Positions 1 to 8,971 are shown, numbered from the stretch's first letter. The stretch: DNA of 47,722 bases from Candidatus Rokuibacteriota bacterium (GCA_044866005.1 JBIOTN010000005.1:1-47722), one strand, 5' to 3'. Translations and numbers: made by a program. Notes: generated by a model from the letters alone, not told the origin.

Positions 1-21
1 GCCGTCGAGGCCCCCTCCGAA
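1..21. repeat. Partial REP-like palindrome (right arm; left arm outside window)
   Basis: GGCCCCCTCCGAA matches the right arm CCCCCTCCGA of the hairpin at 45478-45503; lies just 3' of the HIT gene stop. Confidence 0.45.
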
Positions 22-27
22 AGGGTC

Positions 28-378
28 TCAGCGGCGCTCGACCCGGCGCTCCTCGCGACGCCCGGCCATGAAGTGGACGTGGAGGTGGTAGACGAGCTGG
101 CCGCCTTCCGGACCGCAGTGGACGGCCAGCCGGTAGCCGCGCTCGGCCAGGCCCTTGAGCTCGCCGATCCGTTTCGCCGCCAGGATCAGGCGGCCGACGA
201 GGTCGGCGTCCTCCGGGCGGAGCGCCATCACCGACTCGACGTGCCGCTTGGGGATGATCAGGAGGTGGATCGGCGCCTTCGGGTAGATGTCGCGGAAGGC
301 GAGGACCTCGTCGTCCTCGTACTCGACGTCGGCGGGACTCTCGCGCGCGACGATCCGACAGAAGAGGCAGGCCGCCAC
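28..378 (-). CDS. HIT family nucleotide-binding protein (HinT-like)
   Basis: CLFCRIV N-terminus, AFRDIYPKAPIHLLIIPKRH and histidine triad HLHVH; GTG start at 378 chosen over the upstream in-frame start. Confidence 0.93.
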   Translation of the reverse strand: MAACLFCRIVARESPADVEYEDDEVLAFRDIYPKAPIHLLIIPKRHVESVMALRPEDADLVGRLILAAKRIGELKGLAERGYRLAVHCGPEGGQLVYHLHVHFMAGRREERRVERR

Positions 379-403
379 GGCCGGCTCGGAGCGCGCGCGA
401 TGC

Positions 404-1375
404 TTACGACGTGCCGCGACCCGGCCGCTGCATCCGCATCTCGGTGAAGGCGCGAACCAGTTCGGGATCGAGCTGGCCGTTGCGCGCCCCATCGTTGAGC
501 AGCCGCAGGGCCTCCAGCTCCTCGAGCGACGGCTTGTACGGCCGCCGGGTGCGCAAGGCGTCGTAGACGTCGACGATCGCCATGATGCGCGCGAGGAACG
601 GGATCTCCTCCCCCACGAGCTTGTCCGGATACCCCTGGCCGTCCACGCGCTCGTGGTGGTGACGGATGATCGGGCGCACCAGCGCCAGCGTCCGCATCGG
701 CCGCGCCAGACGGTCCCCGGCGTCGGGGTGCTCGCGCATCATGCGCCACTCCTCGACGCTCAGCGGCCCCGGCTTGAGCAGCACGCCGTCGGGCACCGCG
801 ATCTTGCCGAGGTCGTGGAGGAAGCCACCCAGGCGGAGGGCGCCCACCTCGTCCTCGCTGCACCCCAGACGCTCGCCCAGCTCCACGGCAAACGTGGCGA
901 GGCGGACGCAATGGCCCGCGGTGTAGGTGTCGCGGGCCTCGATGGTGAGCGCGAGGCTCGTGATCATGTTCTCGGCTTGCTCCAGCTCCTCGACGACGCG
1001 CTTGAGCCGGATGAGGGCGCGGAGCCGTGCCCGCAGCTCGCGCAGGTGGACGGGTTTCGTGAAGTAGTCGTCCGCCCCGGCCTCGAGCCCCGCCACCCGC
1101 GTGTCGAGCTCCCCCTGCGCGGTCAGCAGGACGACCGGGATCAGGTGCGTCGTCTGGTCGGCCTTGAGCTGGCGGCAGAGCTCGATGCCGGTGATCCCGG
1201 GCATCCGCACGTCCAGCAGGATGAGGTCGGGCAGCTCCTGGACGATCTGCTGGAGAGCATCCTCGGCGGAACCCGCCTCGCGGGTCGCGTACCCCAGGTG
1301 CTCCACCGAGTCGCGGATCGTCTCCCGGACGACCGGGTCGTCGTCGACGATGAGGATCCGCGCGCGCGGCGTCAC
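404..1375 (-). CDS. Response regulator with HD-GYP cyclic di-GMP phosphodiesterase domain (RpfG-like)
   Basis: REC motifs ILIVDDD, LLDVRMP, LLTA, FTKP; HD-GYP motifs GH, LHDLGK, HHHERVDGQGYP, DVYDAL..RPYK. Confidence 0.95.
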   Translation of the reverse strand: MTPRARILIVDDDPVVRETIRDSVEHLGYATREAGSAEDALQQIVQELPDLILLDVRMPGITGIELCRQLKADQTTHLIPVVLLTAQGELDTRVAGLEAGADDYFTKPVHLRELRARLRALIRLKRVVEELEQAENMITSLALTIEARDTYTAGHCVRLATFAVELGERLGCSEDEVGALRLGGFLHDLGKIAVPDGVLLKPGPLSVEEWRMMREHPDAGDRLARPMRTLALVRPIIRHHHERVDGQGYPDKLVGEEIPFLARIMAIVDVYDALRTRRPYKPSLEELEALRLLNDGARNGQLDPELVRAFTEMRMQRPGRGTS

Positions 1376-1421
1376 GGGCGGCTCGCGGGACAGGCAGGAC
1401 GGGCGGGGCCGCCGACGGGCG

Positions 1422-3881
1422 TCACGACTGGACGGGGAGCGTGACCGTGAACTGGCTGCCCCGGTCCACCTCGCTCTCGACCTTGATCTTGCCGCCCAGA
1501 ACCTGGACGAGGCGCTGCGACACGGTCAGGAGGAGGCCCGTCCCGGGGAAGGCGCGCTCGCCGCGCCGCGCGAGCTGGAGGAACGGCTCGAAGAGCCGGG
1601 CCTGCTCCTCGCCGGAAAAGCCGATCCCGTCGTCGGCCACCGTGAGGACGACCTCTCCGCCGCGCACGGCGGCGCTGACCTTGATCTCGCCGAGCTCGGT
1701 GTACTTGAGGGACGTGGCGATCAGGTTCGCCAGGATCTGCTCCACGCGCTTGGCGTCGGAGACCACCTGGCCGACGTCCGGCTTGAGGTCCGCCTGGATC
1801 CGGTTGCCCTTCGACGCCGCCCGCGGCTGGAGCGTCCGGACCACCCGCTGGATCAGCTCGGGGAGCCTGAACGGCGCCTTGACGATCTTCACCTGGCCGG
1901 CGTGGAGGCTCGACAGGGCCACCAGATTGTCGATCAGCTCGAGGATCTCCTCGCCGCGGGCGTGAAGGATCTCGAGCTGCTGCTGCTCCTCGTGGCCGAG
2001 GGGCTTGTTGAGCCCGTCGACCAGGAAGCGCGGCAGGTCGAGCAGCGCGGTCAGGGGCACGCGCAGCTCCTCGCTGACGGTCTTCTGCAGCGCCGCCCGG
2101 ACGCGCTTGGCCTCTTCCGCGGCCGGGTCCGCGCGGACCACCTCTTTCTCGCGGATGACCTCCTTGACCTGCGGCACCTGCATGCGGATCGTCTGCTCGA
2201 GCTCCTGCGCCTGGCGCCGCGCCTCCTGGGCCTGCCGCCGGGCCTCGGCCTGCTCCGTCGCCGCCTTCTCCAGCGCGGCCATCTGCTCGGCGAGCTTCGC
2301 CTCGAGCCCGGCCGTGTTCCGGCGGACCTCGGCGAGCGCCCGCTCGTGCTCGAGCGCCTGCGCGGCGCGCCGACCCATCGCCTCGAGCCGCTGCACCTCG
2401 GCATCCGTGAACGTGTGGGGCGCCCGGTAGCCCACCTCGACCGCGCCGACCACGTGCTCTCCCGACACGATGGGCACGCCCACCAGCGAGCGCAGCCCCG
2501 CCGCGCGCAGGTACGGCTCCTCGACGCGGTAGTCGGCTTCGACATCCGGGACGACGACGGCCTCCCGGCCCCCCACCACCGCGCCGGCGAGCCCCTGCCC
2601 GCGGTGCAGCGTGACGTCGGTGTGGATCCCGGCGAATCCCACGGCGGCCCTCGTGGCGAGCCCTTCCTCCTCCTGGATCAGCAGCACGCCCGCGTCCGCG
2701 CCCATCCCGGCCACGACCTTGCGAAGGAGGTCGGGCAGCACCGCGCCGCCGGCCGTCCGGTCGCGGCCGATCGCCGCACCCGCCGCCGCCTCGTCCACCT
2801 GGCTCAGGGCCTCGAGCTCCCGGACCTTGTTCCGCAGCCAGCCAAGGACCCGGTTGAAGCCCTCGGTGAGCGCCCCGACCTCACCACCCACGCTGACGGG
2901 GACGCTGACCGGGATGTCGCCGCCTTCCAGCCGGTGCATCGCCGCGCGCAGCCGGTCCATGCCCCGCGCCGTCCGGCGCGCCATCGAGAGGGCCAGGGCG
3001 AGGCTCAGCACCACGACGGCCGCGGCCCCCCCGCCGACCTGCGCGAGGATGGTCCGGGTCTCCGCGAGGATCTGGGCCGAGGGCAGGCCGACGACGACGG
3101 TCCAGGCGGCCGGCTTGAAGGGCGTCGCGGCGACGACCCGCCGCTCGCCGTCGATGGCGGTCAGCTCGCCGACCGCCTCCTGGCGGCGCAGGAGCTCCGG
3201 GTAGCCGGCGAGGCCCTGGAGATCCTGCATGAGGAACAGCGCGGGATGCCGGGCCACGACGAGGCCGCGCTCGCTGACGACCTCCGCGGCGGCTCCCGTC
3301 TGGAGCCGGGCGCGCGCCAGCGACTCCTGGATGCGCCGGAGGCTCAGGTCGGCGGCGATCGCGGCGCGGAACTGCCCGTCGGGGGTCCGCGCCGGCGCGT
3401 AGAGGCCGACCACGACCTCCTGCCCGGCTCGTCGCGGCTCGCCGATGAAGGGCTGCGTGGAGGTCGCCGCGCGCTTGAACCAGTCCGGATCGGCCGTCGG
3501 GCCCCGGCGGCCCTCCCCGGCGGTGGCGATCGTGCTGCCGATCACGTCGGCGACGACCACGTGATCGACGTCCGGAAAGCTCTGGCGGAACCGCCGGACC
3601 TGCGGCTCGATCGGGCCGGCCCCCGCGACCGCCGCCGCGACCGCCTCGGCCGTCGCCACCAGGCCGTCGACCCGCTGCGTCAGCTGGCCTTCCAGCTGGG
3701 TCGCGAGCGCACGGGCGTGACCGAGGGCCTCGTCCTGGACGCGCGCCTTCTCACGCGAGACCTGCGCGTAGCCGAAATAGGCGAGGAGGCCGACGAAAGG
3801 CAGGGTGCCGGCGAGCGCGACGGCCAGGAACGTCGTGCGGAGCGATCCGCCCCGGCCCCCTCCCGTGGCCGCTCTCGGCAT
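1422..3881 (-). CDS. Membrane sensor histidine-kinase-like protein (TM-Cache-TM-HAMP-GAF-HisKA-HATPase) with degenerate catalytic motifs
   Basis: Two TM segments around a Cache-like region (WFKRA, WTVVVG), HAMP (EVGALTEGFNRV), GAF (GQGLAG, SLVGVPI), G1 box DDGIG, F box LFEPF; H-box reads SEELRVPL. Confidence 0.88.
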   Translation of the reverse strand: MPRAATGGGRGGSLRTTFLAVALAGTLPFVGLLAYFGYAQVSREKARVQDEALGHARALATQLEGQLTQRVDGLVATAEAVAAAVAGAGPIEPQVRRFRQSFPDVDHVVVADVIGSTIATAGEGRRGPTADPDWFKRAATSTQPFIGEPRRAGQEVVVGLYAPARTPDGQFRAAIAADLSLRRIQESLARARLQTGAAAEVVSERGLVVARHPALFLMQDLQGLAGYPELLRRQEAVGELTAIDGERRVVAATPFKPAAWTVVVGLPSAQILAETRTILAQVGGGAAAVVVLSLALALSMARRTARGMDRLRAAMHRLEGGDIPVSVPVSVGGEVGALTEGFNRVLGWLRNKVRELEALSQVDEAAAGAAIGRDRTAGGAVLPDLLRKVVAGMGADAGVLLIQEEEGLATRAAVGFAGIHTDVTLHRGQGLAGAVVGGREAVVVPDVEADYRVEEPYLRAAGLRSLVGVPIVSGEHVVGAVEVGYRAPHTFTDAEVQRLEAMGRRAAQALEHERALAEVRRNTAGLEAKLAEQMAALEKAATEQAEARRQAQEARRQAQELEQTIRMQVPQVKEVIREKEVVRADPAAEEAKRVRAALQKTVSEELRVPLTALLDLPRFLVDGLNKPLGHEEQQQLEILHARGEEILELIDNLVALSSLHAGQVKIVKAPFRLPELIQRVVRTLQPRAASKGNRIQADLKPDVGQVVSDAKRVEQILANLIATSLKYTELGEIKVSAAVRGGEVVLTVADDGIGFSGEEQARLFEPFLQLARRGERAFPGTGLLLTVSQRLVQVLGGKIKVESEVDRGSQFTVTLPVQS

Positions 3882-3957
3882 GGGCGACGATCAGGCCTGC
3901 CGGGCGGTCACCGAGGCGACGGCGGAGGCCGGCTTCCCCGGGAAAATCACGGGGGCA

Positions 3958-3968
3958 AGCCTAGCACG
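3958..3968 (-). promoter_or_regulatory. Putative extended -10 promoter (TG-C-TAGGCT) for the kinase/HD-GYP/HIT genes
   Basis: CGTGCTAGGCT on the minus strand, about 76 nt upstream of the ATG at 3881; same motif recurs upstream of other genes here. Confidence 0.5.
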
Positions 3969-4087
3969 GTTCTGCCCGGAACCGGGACCCTTTCTCCGGG
4001 CTTTGTCCGCTCCCTCCGCGGTCCACGGCGGGACGCGGCCCCCCGGCCGGGAGCGGGGCCCCGGCCGGACGAGCGGTCGGTCGGCGC

Positions 4088-4294
4088 CTAGCGGCTTCTC
4101 GACCTCCGGGAGCGCTTCGTGCCCTTCCTCGGCACCTTCGCGCCCTTGCGGCGCGCCTCGGAGAGCCCGATGGCGATCGCCTGCTTCCGGCTCGTGACCT
4201 TCTTGCCGCTCCGGCCGCTGCGCAGGGTGCCGCGCTTCCGCCGCCGCATCGCGGACTTGACCGACCGCTTCGATGCTTTCCCGTATCGCGCCAT
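4088..4294 (-). CDS. Small basic protein, DUF6496-like
   Basis: MARYGKAS...GTLRSGRSGKKVTSRKQAIAIGLSEARRKG; the KQAIAIxLSEAR motif is typical of this family; ATG at 4294. Confidence 0.8.
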   Translation of the reverse strand: MARYGKASKRSVKSAMRRRKRGTLRSGRSGKKVTSRKQAIAIGLSEARRKGAKVPRKGTKRSRRSRSR

Positions 4295-4353
4295 CTGCGA
4301 CCTCTCTGGACCCGGCCCGGGCTCGTCGGGCCCGCCCGCGCCGGCGGCCCTGC

Positions 4354-5205
4354 TCACGCCGCTTTCCGTCGCCGCCTCCGCTCACCCGCCACCGCCCGCC
4401 CCCGCGCGCCCGACGCGCGCCCGCCCCGGCCGGCGGCCCGGGCCGGCGGCTTCCGGATCTGCTCGACGGACTCGCGGAGGGCGTCCATCAGGTTGACCAC
4501 CTTGCGTGACGGCTTCGGCGCTTCGGGGAGCGTCACTTCCTGGCCCTCCGCCTTCGCCCGGATCACGTCGTCCAGCATCTCCCGGTATTCGTCGTGGTAC
4601 TTCGAGGGGTCGAAGTCCTTGGCCAGCGCCTCGATGAACCGGGTCGCCAGCTTCACCTCCTCGGGGCCCGGCCGCGCCCGCTTCCACTCCGCCTCGAACG
4701 CCCGGACCTCGTCGGCGTAGTAGAGGGTGTGGAGGACCAGCGTGTCCTCGGCCGCCCGGAGGAGCGCGTACTGCTGCCGGTTCGACATGACGAACCGCGC
4801 CACCGCCGCCTTCTTCGACTCCGTCAGGGCCTGGAGGAGCACCTCGTAGGGCCGCTCCGTGTCTTCCTGGGGCCCCACGTAATAGGAGCGCTCGAGGTAG
4901 AGCGGATCGACGTCCGCCAGGTCCACGAACTCCACGACCTCGATGGCCCGCGAGCTGGCCCGCTCGGCCTTCTCGAAGTCCTCGTCCTCCATCACCACGT
5001 AGCCGTTGGTGCGATAGCCCTTGACGAGCTCCTTCCGGCTCACGGCGCTCTCGTGCGTGGGACAGTAGGGCTGGTACTTGATGCGGGTCTTGCACGCCCG
5101 GTGGAGCAGATCGAAGTCGATGCTCTTCGCGCGGGCCGCGACGTGGAGCTCGACCGGGATGGAGACGAGCCCGAAGGTGATGATGCCTTTCCGGACGGCG
5201 GCCAT
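4354..5205 (-). CDS. ku: Non-homologous end-joining protein Ku
   Basis: GIITFGLVSIPV N-terminus, ELVKGY, FDPSKYHDEY, VVNLMDALRES, basic C-terminal tail; ATG at 5205. Confidence 0.95.
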   Translation of the reverse strand: MAAVRKGIITFGLVSIPVELHVAARAKSIDFDLLHRACKTRIKYQPYCPTHESAVSRKELVKGYRTNGYVVMEDEDFEKAERASSRAIEVVEFVDLADVDPLYLERSYYVGPQEDTERPYEVLLQALTESKKAAVARFVMSNRQQYALLRAAEDTLVLHTLYYADEVRAFEAEWKRARPGPEEVKLATRFIEALAKDFDPSKYHDEYREMLDDVIRAKAEGQEVTLPEAPKPSRKVVNLMDALRESVEQIRKPPARAAGRGGRASGARGRAVAGERRRRRKAA

Positions 5206-5212
5206 GGCAGAG

Positions 5213-5241
5213 TTACCCCGTTGGTCGCAGCGGAGCAAACC
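5213..5241 (-). promoter_or_regulatory. Possible stress-sigma (SigB/SigF-like) promoter GGTTT-N18-GGGTAA before ku
   Basis: Motif read on the minus strand; ends 7 nt before the ATG and no RBS is evident. Confidence 0.3.
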
Positions 5242-5434
5242 GGATGCCGGCCGGCGCCCCCCGGCCCGCTGCCCGGACTGTGGCCGGCGCTTCGCGGCCG
5301 CGGCCGGCGAGACGCCCGCCGGCCGGCCGCCGCGCGACGTCGCCGCCCGCCCGGCGGGGACTGCTCAACTGGTCGGGGCGAGGCAGACCTCTCCGCGGCC
5401 ATCCTTGGTGCTACGGGCCACGCGAGTCGCCGTA

Positions 5435-5463
5435 TTGCCGAGCCTGGACGGATGGCTTATCGT
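5435..5463 (+). promoter_or_regulatory. Putative sigma70 promoter TTGCCG-N17-TATCGT
   Basis: Canonical spacing, divergent from ku, upstream of the only plus-strand ORF. Confidence 0.5.
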
Positions 5464-5627
5464 TACGATCCACACCGGAGGGGAACGCATCCGTGGAGGT
5501 GATTGCACGGGATGAGCGAAAGACAGCCGGCGCTGACCGCTGCCGGGTACGAGGGGCGCCACGCTCCCTACGAGTTCGAGGGGCACGGCGGGTGCCGCAG
5601 CAGAAGGGCTGAGTGCAGGAGGAGGGC

Positions 5628-5957
5628 ATGGAGGACACACCCCCCAAGCGGGACCCTCGACTCGTCATCCTGGACGGTGTCCGGACCGAACAGCGGCGCC
5701 AGGTAGCCACGGACCGGTTGCAGCCTCGACTGGAAGGCCGGACGGATCCGTCAGGCCCACCGGATCGTGCCGCGCTCGTTCGGGAGATCGAGGCGCTGGA
5801 GGTGATCGCGGGGATCTGCGAGGTCCAGACTCGCGCGGCCCGGGCTGCCGGGACGTCAGGCGCTCTCGACCGGTGGCACCGGCTGACCGGCCTGGTGGAG
5901 GCTGAGCTCGCCGCGCTGCGCGCTCAGCGAGACCGTCGACCGGACGCTGACCGCTGA
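5628..5957 (+). CDS. Hypothetical protein (109 aa, predicted helical)
   Basis: Strong RBS AGGAGGAGGG before ATG 5628; fills the gap between ku and the tRNA; no motif recognised. Confidence 0.6.
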   Translation: MEDTPPKRDPRLVILDGVRTEQRRQVATDRLQPRLEGRTDPSGPPDRAALVREIEALEVIAGICEVQTRAARAAGTSGALDRWHRLTGLVEAELAALRAQRDRRPDADR

Positions 5958-6109
5958 CTGGCTCCCTGAAGGGACGCCCGGGCGCCGCGCGCGCACGCGA
6001 GCCTGGGGTGCCTCGGGGGTGCGGGGCGCCGGGGCCGGCGAGCCGTCACCAACCGCAACCCCGGCGCCACCAAGGAGCGGGCTGTGTCGGAACTACTTGG
6101 GCCGAAAGG

Positions 6110-6185
6110 TGGTGGAGGGTAAGGGATTCGAACCCTCGACCTCTGCCTTGCGAAAGCAGCGCTCTCCCAGCTGAGCTAACCCCCC
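6110..6185 (-). tRNA. tRNA-Ala(CGC)
   Basis: 76-nt cloverleaf GGGGGGTTAGCTCAGCTGGGAGAGCG-CTGCT-TTCGCAA-GGCAG-AGGTC-GAGGGTTCGAATCCCTT-ACCCTCC-ACCA; G3:U70 pair, anticodon CGC, encoded CCA. Confidence 0.98.
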
Positions 6186-6197
6186 AGACGGTGAGCT

Positions 6198-6226
6198 AGG
6201 ATACACGCGGCCCCGAATTTTGTCCA
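6198..6226 (-). promoter_or_regulatory. Putative sigma70 promoter of tRNA-Ala (TGGACA-N17-TATCCT)
   Basis: Canonical spacing, ending 12 nt upstream of the tRNA 5' end. Confidence 0.6.
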
Positions 6227-6254
6227 CGTTGTCTCGGCCTTGGCCGCGCCAGGC

Positions 6255-8969
6255 TCAGCCCGGCGATCGGAGCGTGAACTCGAGCAGCTCGATCCCGGGC
6301 CGGGCGACGGGCTCGCCGATCGTGAGCTCCACCGGTTGGGCGCTCATCGCCTCGAGCGCGGTCCCCGCCGCCGCGCCCTTCACGCCGACGAACGCGTGCG
6401 CCTCGCGAAAGCGGCCGCGGAGGTCGCCGCCGACGCCGAGCGTGCGAAGCGCCACCACCGCTTCCTCCGTGAGCCGGACCGACGCCTCGTCGCTGACGGC
6501 GCCGGCGACGATCGTGCCCGCCGGCAGCGCCGCGACCCACGTCGCGAGCTCGGCGGCCGCGGCGGCATCGGAAAAGGTGTCGAAGGCGTCCGCGTCCACC
6601 AGCTGACCGGCCGGGTCGAAGGCGGCCAGGTTGTACCCGCGCCGATCATCGGAGAATTCGGCGCCATTCACCACGATCGAGCTCGCGCGGCCACGCGGAT
6701 GGCCCACGCTTCGCACCCGCATGTCTCCCGGGCCGCGCGTCCCCGTCCGGCCGATGAGGTAGCGCCCGTCCAGCGTCGCGGCGGGGGGCGCGTAACTGTA
6801 CCGCACCGCGATGACGTTCGGGGCCGCCTCGAGGAACGGGGGAGGCAACGTCAGGGTGGCCGTCGCCGCGCCGTTCAGCGGGATCCGGTGGATCAGCCGG
6901 TCGTTGAGGAGGATCTCCGCCCCTTGATCGCGTCCGGGGGCGCGACCGAGCGGCTGGAGTGTCACCGTCAGCGCGGGGTGACGGCGAAGGAACTCGTAGG
7001 AGACCCACCGCTCGAGCTCGAGCCCGCGCTCCGGGATCGGCACGATCTCGTAGAGGTCCTCCTCGCCGAACGTGCCCCGGAAGCGGAGGAGCGCCGGCGA
7101 GGCCGCCCTGAGCGCGCGCCAGGCATCGCGCCACTGGCCCGTGACCGCGGGGTCGGTGAGCCGCACCACCAGGTAGCGGAGCGGGTAGATCTGCCGGAGC
7201 GCCGCCTGCGCCGCCGGGACGGGGAACTCGGGCCCCGACGTCGTCAAGAGCCCCGAGAGGTCGCGGATCAACGCCGGGACGAACCCCGAGAGCCCGTTCA
7301 CGACGCGCTTGCCGTGAGCGAGCGACCGGAACATCGCGTCCGCGTCCGCCTGCTCGACGTTGGTCGGCCACTCGAGCACGGCCACCGGGCCCGGGTCGGC
7401 CCGCAGGGCGAGGTCCACGGGGCGCGCCACCGACGCGATCGTCCCGTAGGGCAGGGGCATCCAGGCGTACTCGAGCAAGAGCCCGAGGCTCAGCGCCGCC
7501 ACCACCGTCCGGGACTGCCACCCGGGGCGCCGGACGCGGAGCCACGTCACCCCGAACCCGGCCAGCAAGGCCCCGCTCGCGAGGTAGAGCACGCCGATGC
7601 GCGTGGGGCCCCGGATGGCGTGCAACGGCAAGAGGTACGGCCAGAGCCAGGCGTAGAGCCCCCGGTCGAGCTCCCGGCCCCCCAGCGCCACGACCGGGCC
7701 CAGGGAGAGGAAAAACGCGAAGGCGGCCAGGCCGAGCAGCACGGCCACCCAGTCGCGCTCCGACAGTCGGCGCGCCGTCACCCCCGCGCGCCGGCGCTCC
7801 CACCCTTCACAGGCGTGACGGATCAGGATGGTCGCGAGCAGCGCCGCGCCGCACGCCGTGAAGGGCACGGCCGCGCGCATGGATCCCAGGCGGAACTGGC
7901 CGCGGGTGAGCACGGCGCCGAGCCCCAGCCCGAGCCCCAGCCAGATGCCGCCGGCGAGCCATCGCTCCGCGGCGCTCGCGCGCAGCGCCTGGGGACCCCG
8001 ACGGAGCCAGAAGAGCCCGCACAGGACGAGCGGCAGCGCCGCGACTCCGAGGAACAGGGACGCCTCCCAGTCCCGCTCCACGGTGAAGATCCGGTACAGC
8101 CAGTTCGCCCGGGCCTCGACGTAGGAGAGGATGTCGGCGGAGCGGCGGACCGCGTCGTGGAGGCCGCGGGCGTAGCCGAGCTCTTCCCGCACCTGGAAGT
8201 AGGGCGCGGCGAGGGGCGACAGGGCCAGCGCGAGTCCCGCCCCGCCGGCGCCCGCCATCAGGAGGCGGCGCGGCCGCCAGCCGGTCCAGCGAAGGGCCGC
8301 GACCTGCAGCGCCACGACCGCGAGTCCCAGGCTGAGGATGATGGCGTAGTACCAGACCGAGGCGGCCTGCAGCCAGACGACGAGGAGGAGCGCGGCGAGG
8401 TGGCGTCCCTGCTGGTCCTCCAGGAAGCGGACGAGAAGGTAGATGGCCAGCGGAATGCCGAAGGCCATCTCCATCTGGAACTCGCGGTAGTGGTCCATCC
8501 GGTACGGCGCGAAGGTGAAGATGAGGGCGGCGACCAGCGCGGCGGGATGGTACCGCGTCAGCCAGAAGGCGACCGCGTACATCGCCCAGCCGGACAGGGC
8601 CCAGAACAGCATCAGCGTGAGGTTGTAGGCGAGGACCGGGTTCTGCGTGAGGACGAAGAGCGGGCCGGCCACGAGCGCGGGGACGACCAGCGGCTCCGCG
8701 AGCGCCAGGCTGCTGCCGACGGGATAGAAGGCGTTGCCGTGGAAGAGGAGCCCGGGGTCGCTCACGAGGTTCCCGAACGCCGTGAGCAAGACCCAGGTGA
8801 AGAGCCGGGGGTCCGCGTTGTCGGGGAGCAGGTGCGCGGGATCGCGAGCCAGCGGCCAGGTATAGACGGCGACGAGGCCGATGAAGAGCGCGACGACCGC
8901 GAGGTGCCGGGGGCCTCTCACCCGGTCAGGCGAGTCCTGACCCGAGGAGCGGGAGCCCGGCACGGGCAC
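6255..8969 (-). CDS. Polytopic membrane protein, GT-C/YfhO-like glycosyltransferase family, with C-terminal ILEI (FAM3/PANDER-like) domain
   Basis: Many TM segments, DPRLFTW...NAFYP loop, HGKRVVNGLSGF, and C-terminal RGYNLAAFD...AFDTF...VAGAVSDEAS...AFVGVKG. Start could be GTG 8921. Confidence 0.75.
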   Translation of the reverse strand: MPVPGSRSSGQDSPDRVRGPRHLAVVALFIGLVAVYTWPLARDPAHLLPDNADPRLFTWVLLTAFGNLVSDPGLLFHGNAFYPVGSSLALAEPLVVPALVAGPLFVLTQNPVLAYNLTLMLFWALSGWAMYAVAFWLTRYHPAALVAALIFTFAPYRMDHYREFQMEMAFGIPLAIYLLVRFLEDQQGRHLAALLLVVWLQAASVWYYAIILSLGLAVVALQVAALRWTGWRPRRLLMAGAGGAGLALALSPLAAPYFQVREELGYARGLHDAVRRSADILSYVEARANWLYRIFTVERDWEASLFLGVAALPLVLCGLFWLRRGPQALRASAAERWLAGGIWLGLGLGLGAVLTRGQFRLGSMRAAVPFTACGAALLATILIRHACEGWERRRAGVTARRLSERDWVAVLLGLAAFAFFLSLGPVVALGGRELDRGLYAWLWPYLLPLHAIRGPTRIGVLYLASGALLAGFGVTWLRVRRPGWQSRTVVAALSLGLLLEYAWMPLPYGTIASVARPVDLALRADPGPVAVLEWPTNVEQADADAMFRSLAHGKRVVNGLSGFVPALIRDLSGLLTTSGPEFPVPAAQAALRQIYPLRYLVVRLTDPAVTGQWRDAWRALRAASPALLRFRGTFGEEDLYEIVPIPERGLELERWVSYEFLRRHPALTVTLQPLGRAPGRDQGAEILLNDRLIHRIPLNGAATATLTLPPPFLEAAPNVIAVRYSYAPPAATLDGRYLIGRTGTRGPGDMRVRSVGHPRGRASSIVVNGAEFSDDRRGYNLAAFDPAGQLVDADAFDTFSDAAAAAELATWVAALPAGTIVAGAVSDEASVRLTEEAVVALRTLGVGGDLRGRFREAHAFVGVKGAAAGTALEAMSAQPVELTIGEPVARPGIELLEFTLRSPG

Positions 8970-8971
8970 CG

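Noticed and set aside
1101..4091. Very long plus-strand ORFs (996 aa here; also 6240-9422, 12314-14824, 21677-24838, 25024-27195, 28537-31290, 44869-46965)
   Set aside because: Antisense shadows of real minus-strand genes; stop codons are rare at this GC content and the translations show no motifs.
5244..5400. GC-rich palindromic stretch upstream of ku as an ncRNA
   Set aside because: Short stems of CCGG/GGCC words are expected by chance at this GC level; no recognisable motif.
4088..6185. Genomic island integrated at tRNA-Ala
   Set aside because: No integrase and no direct repeat of the tRNA 3' end found by eye.
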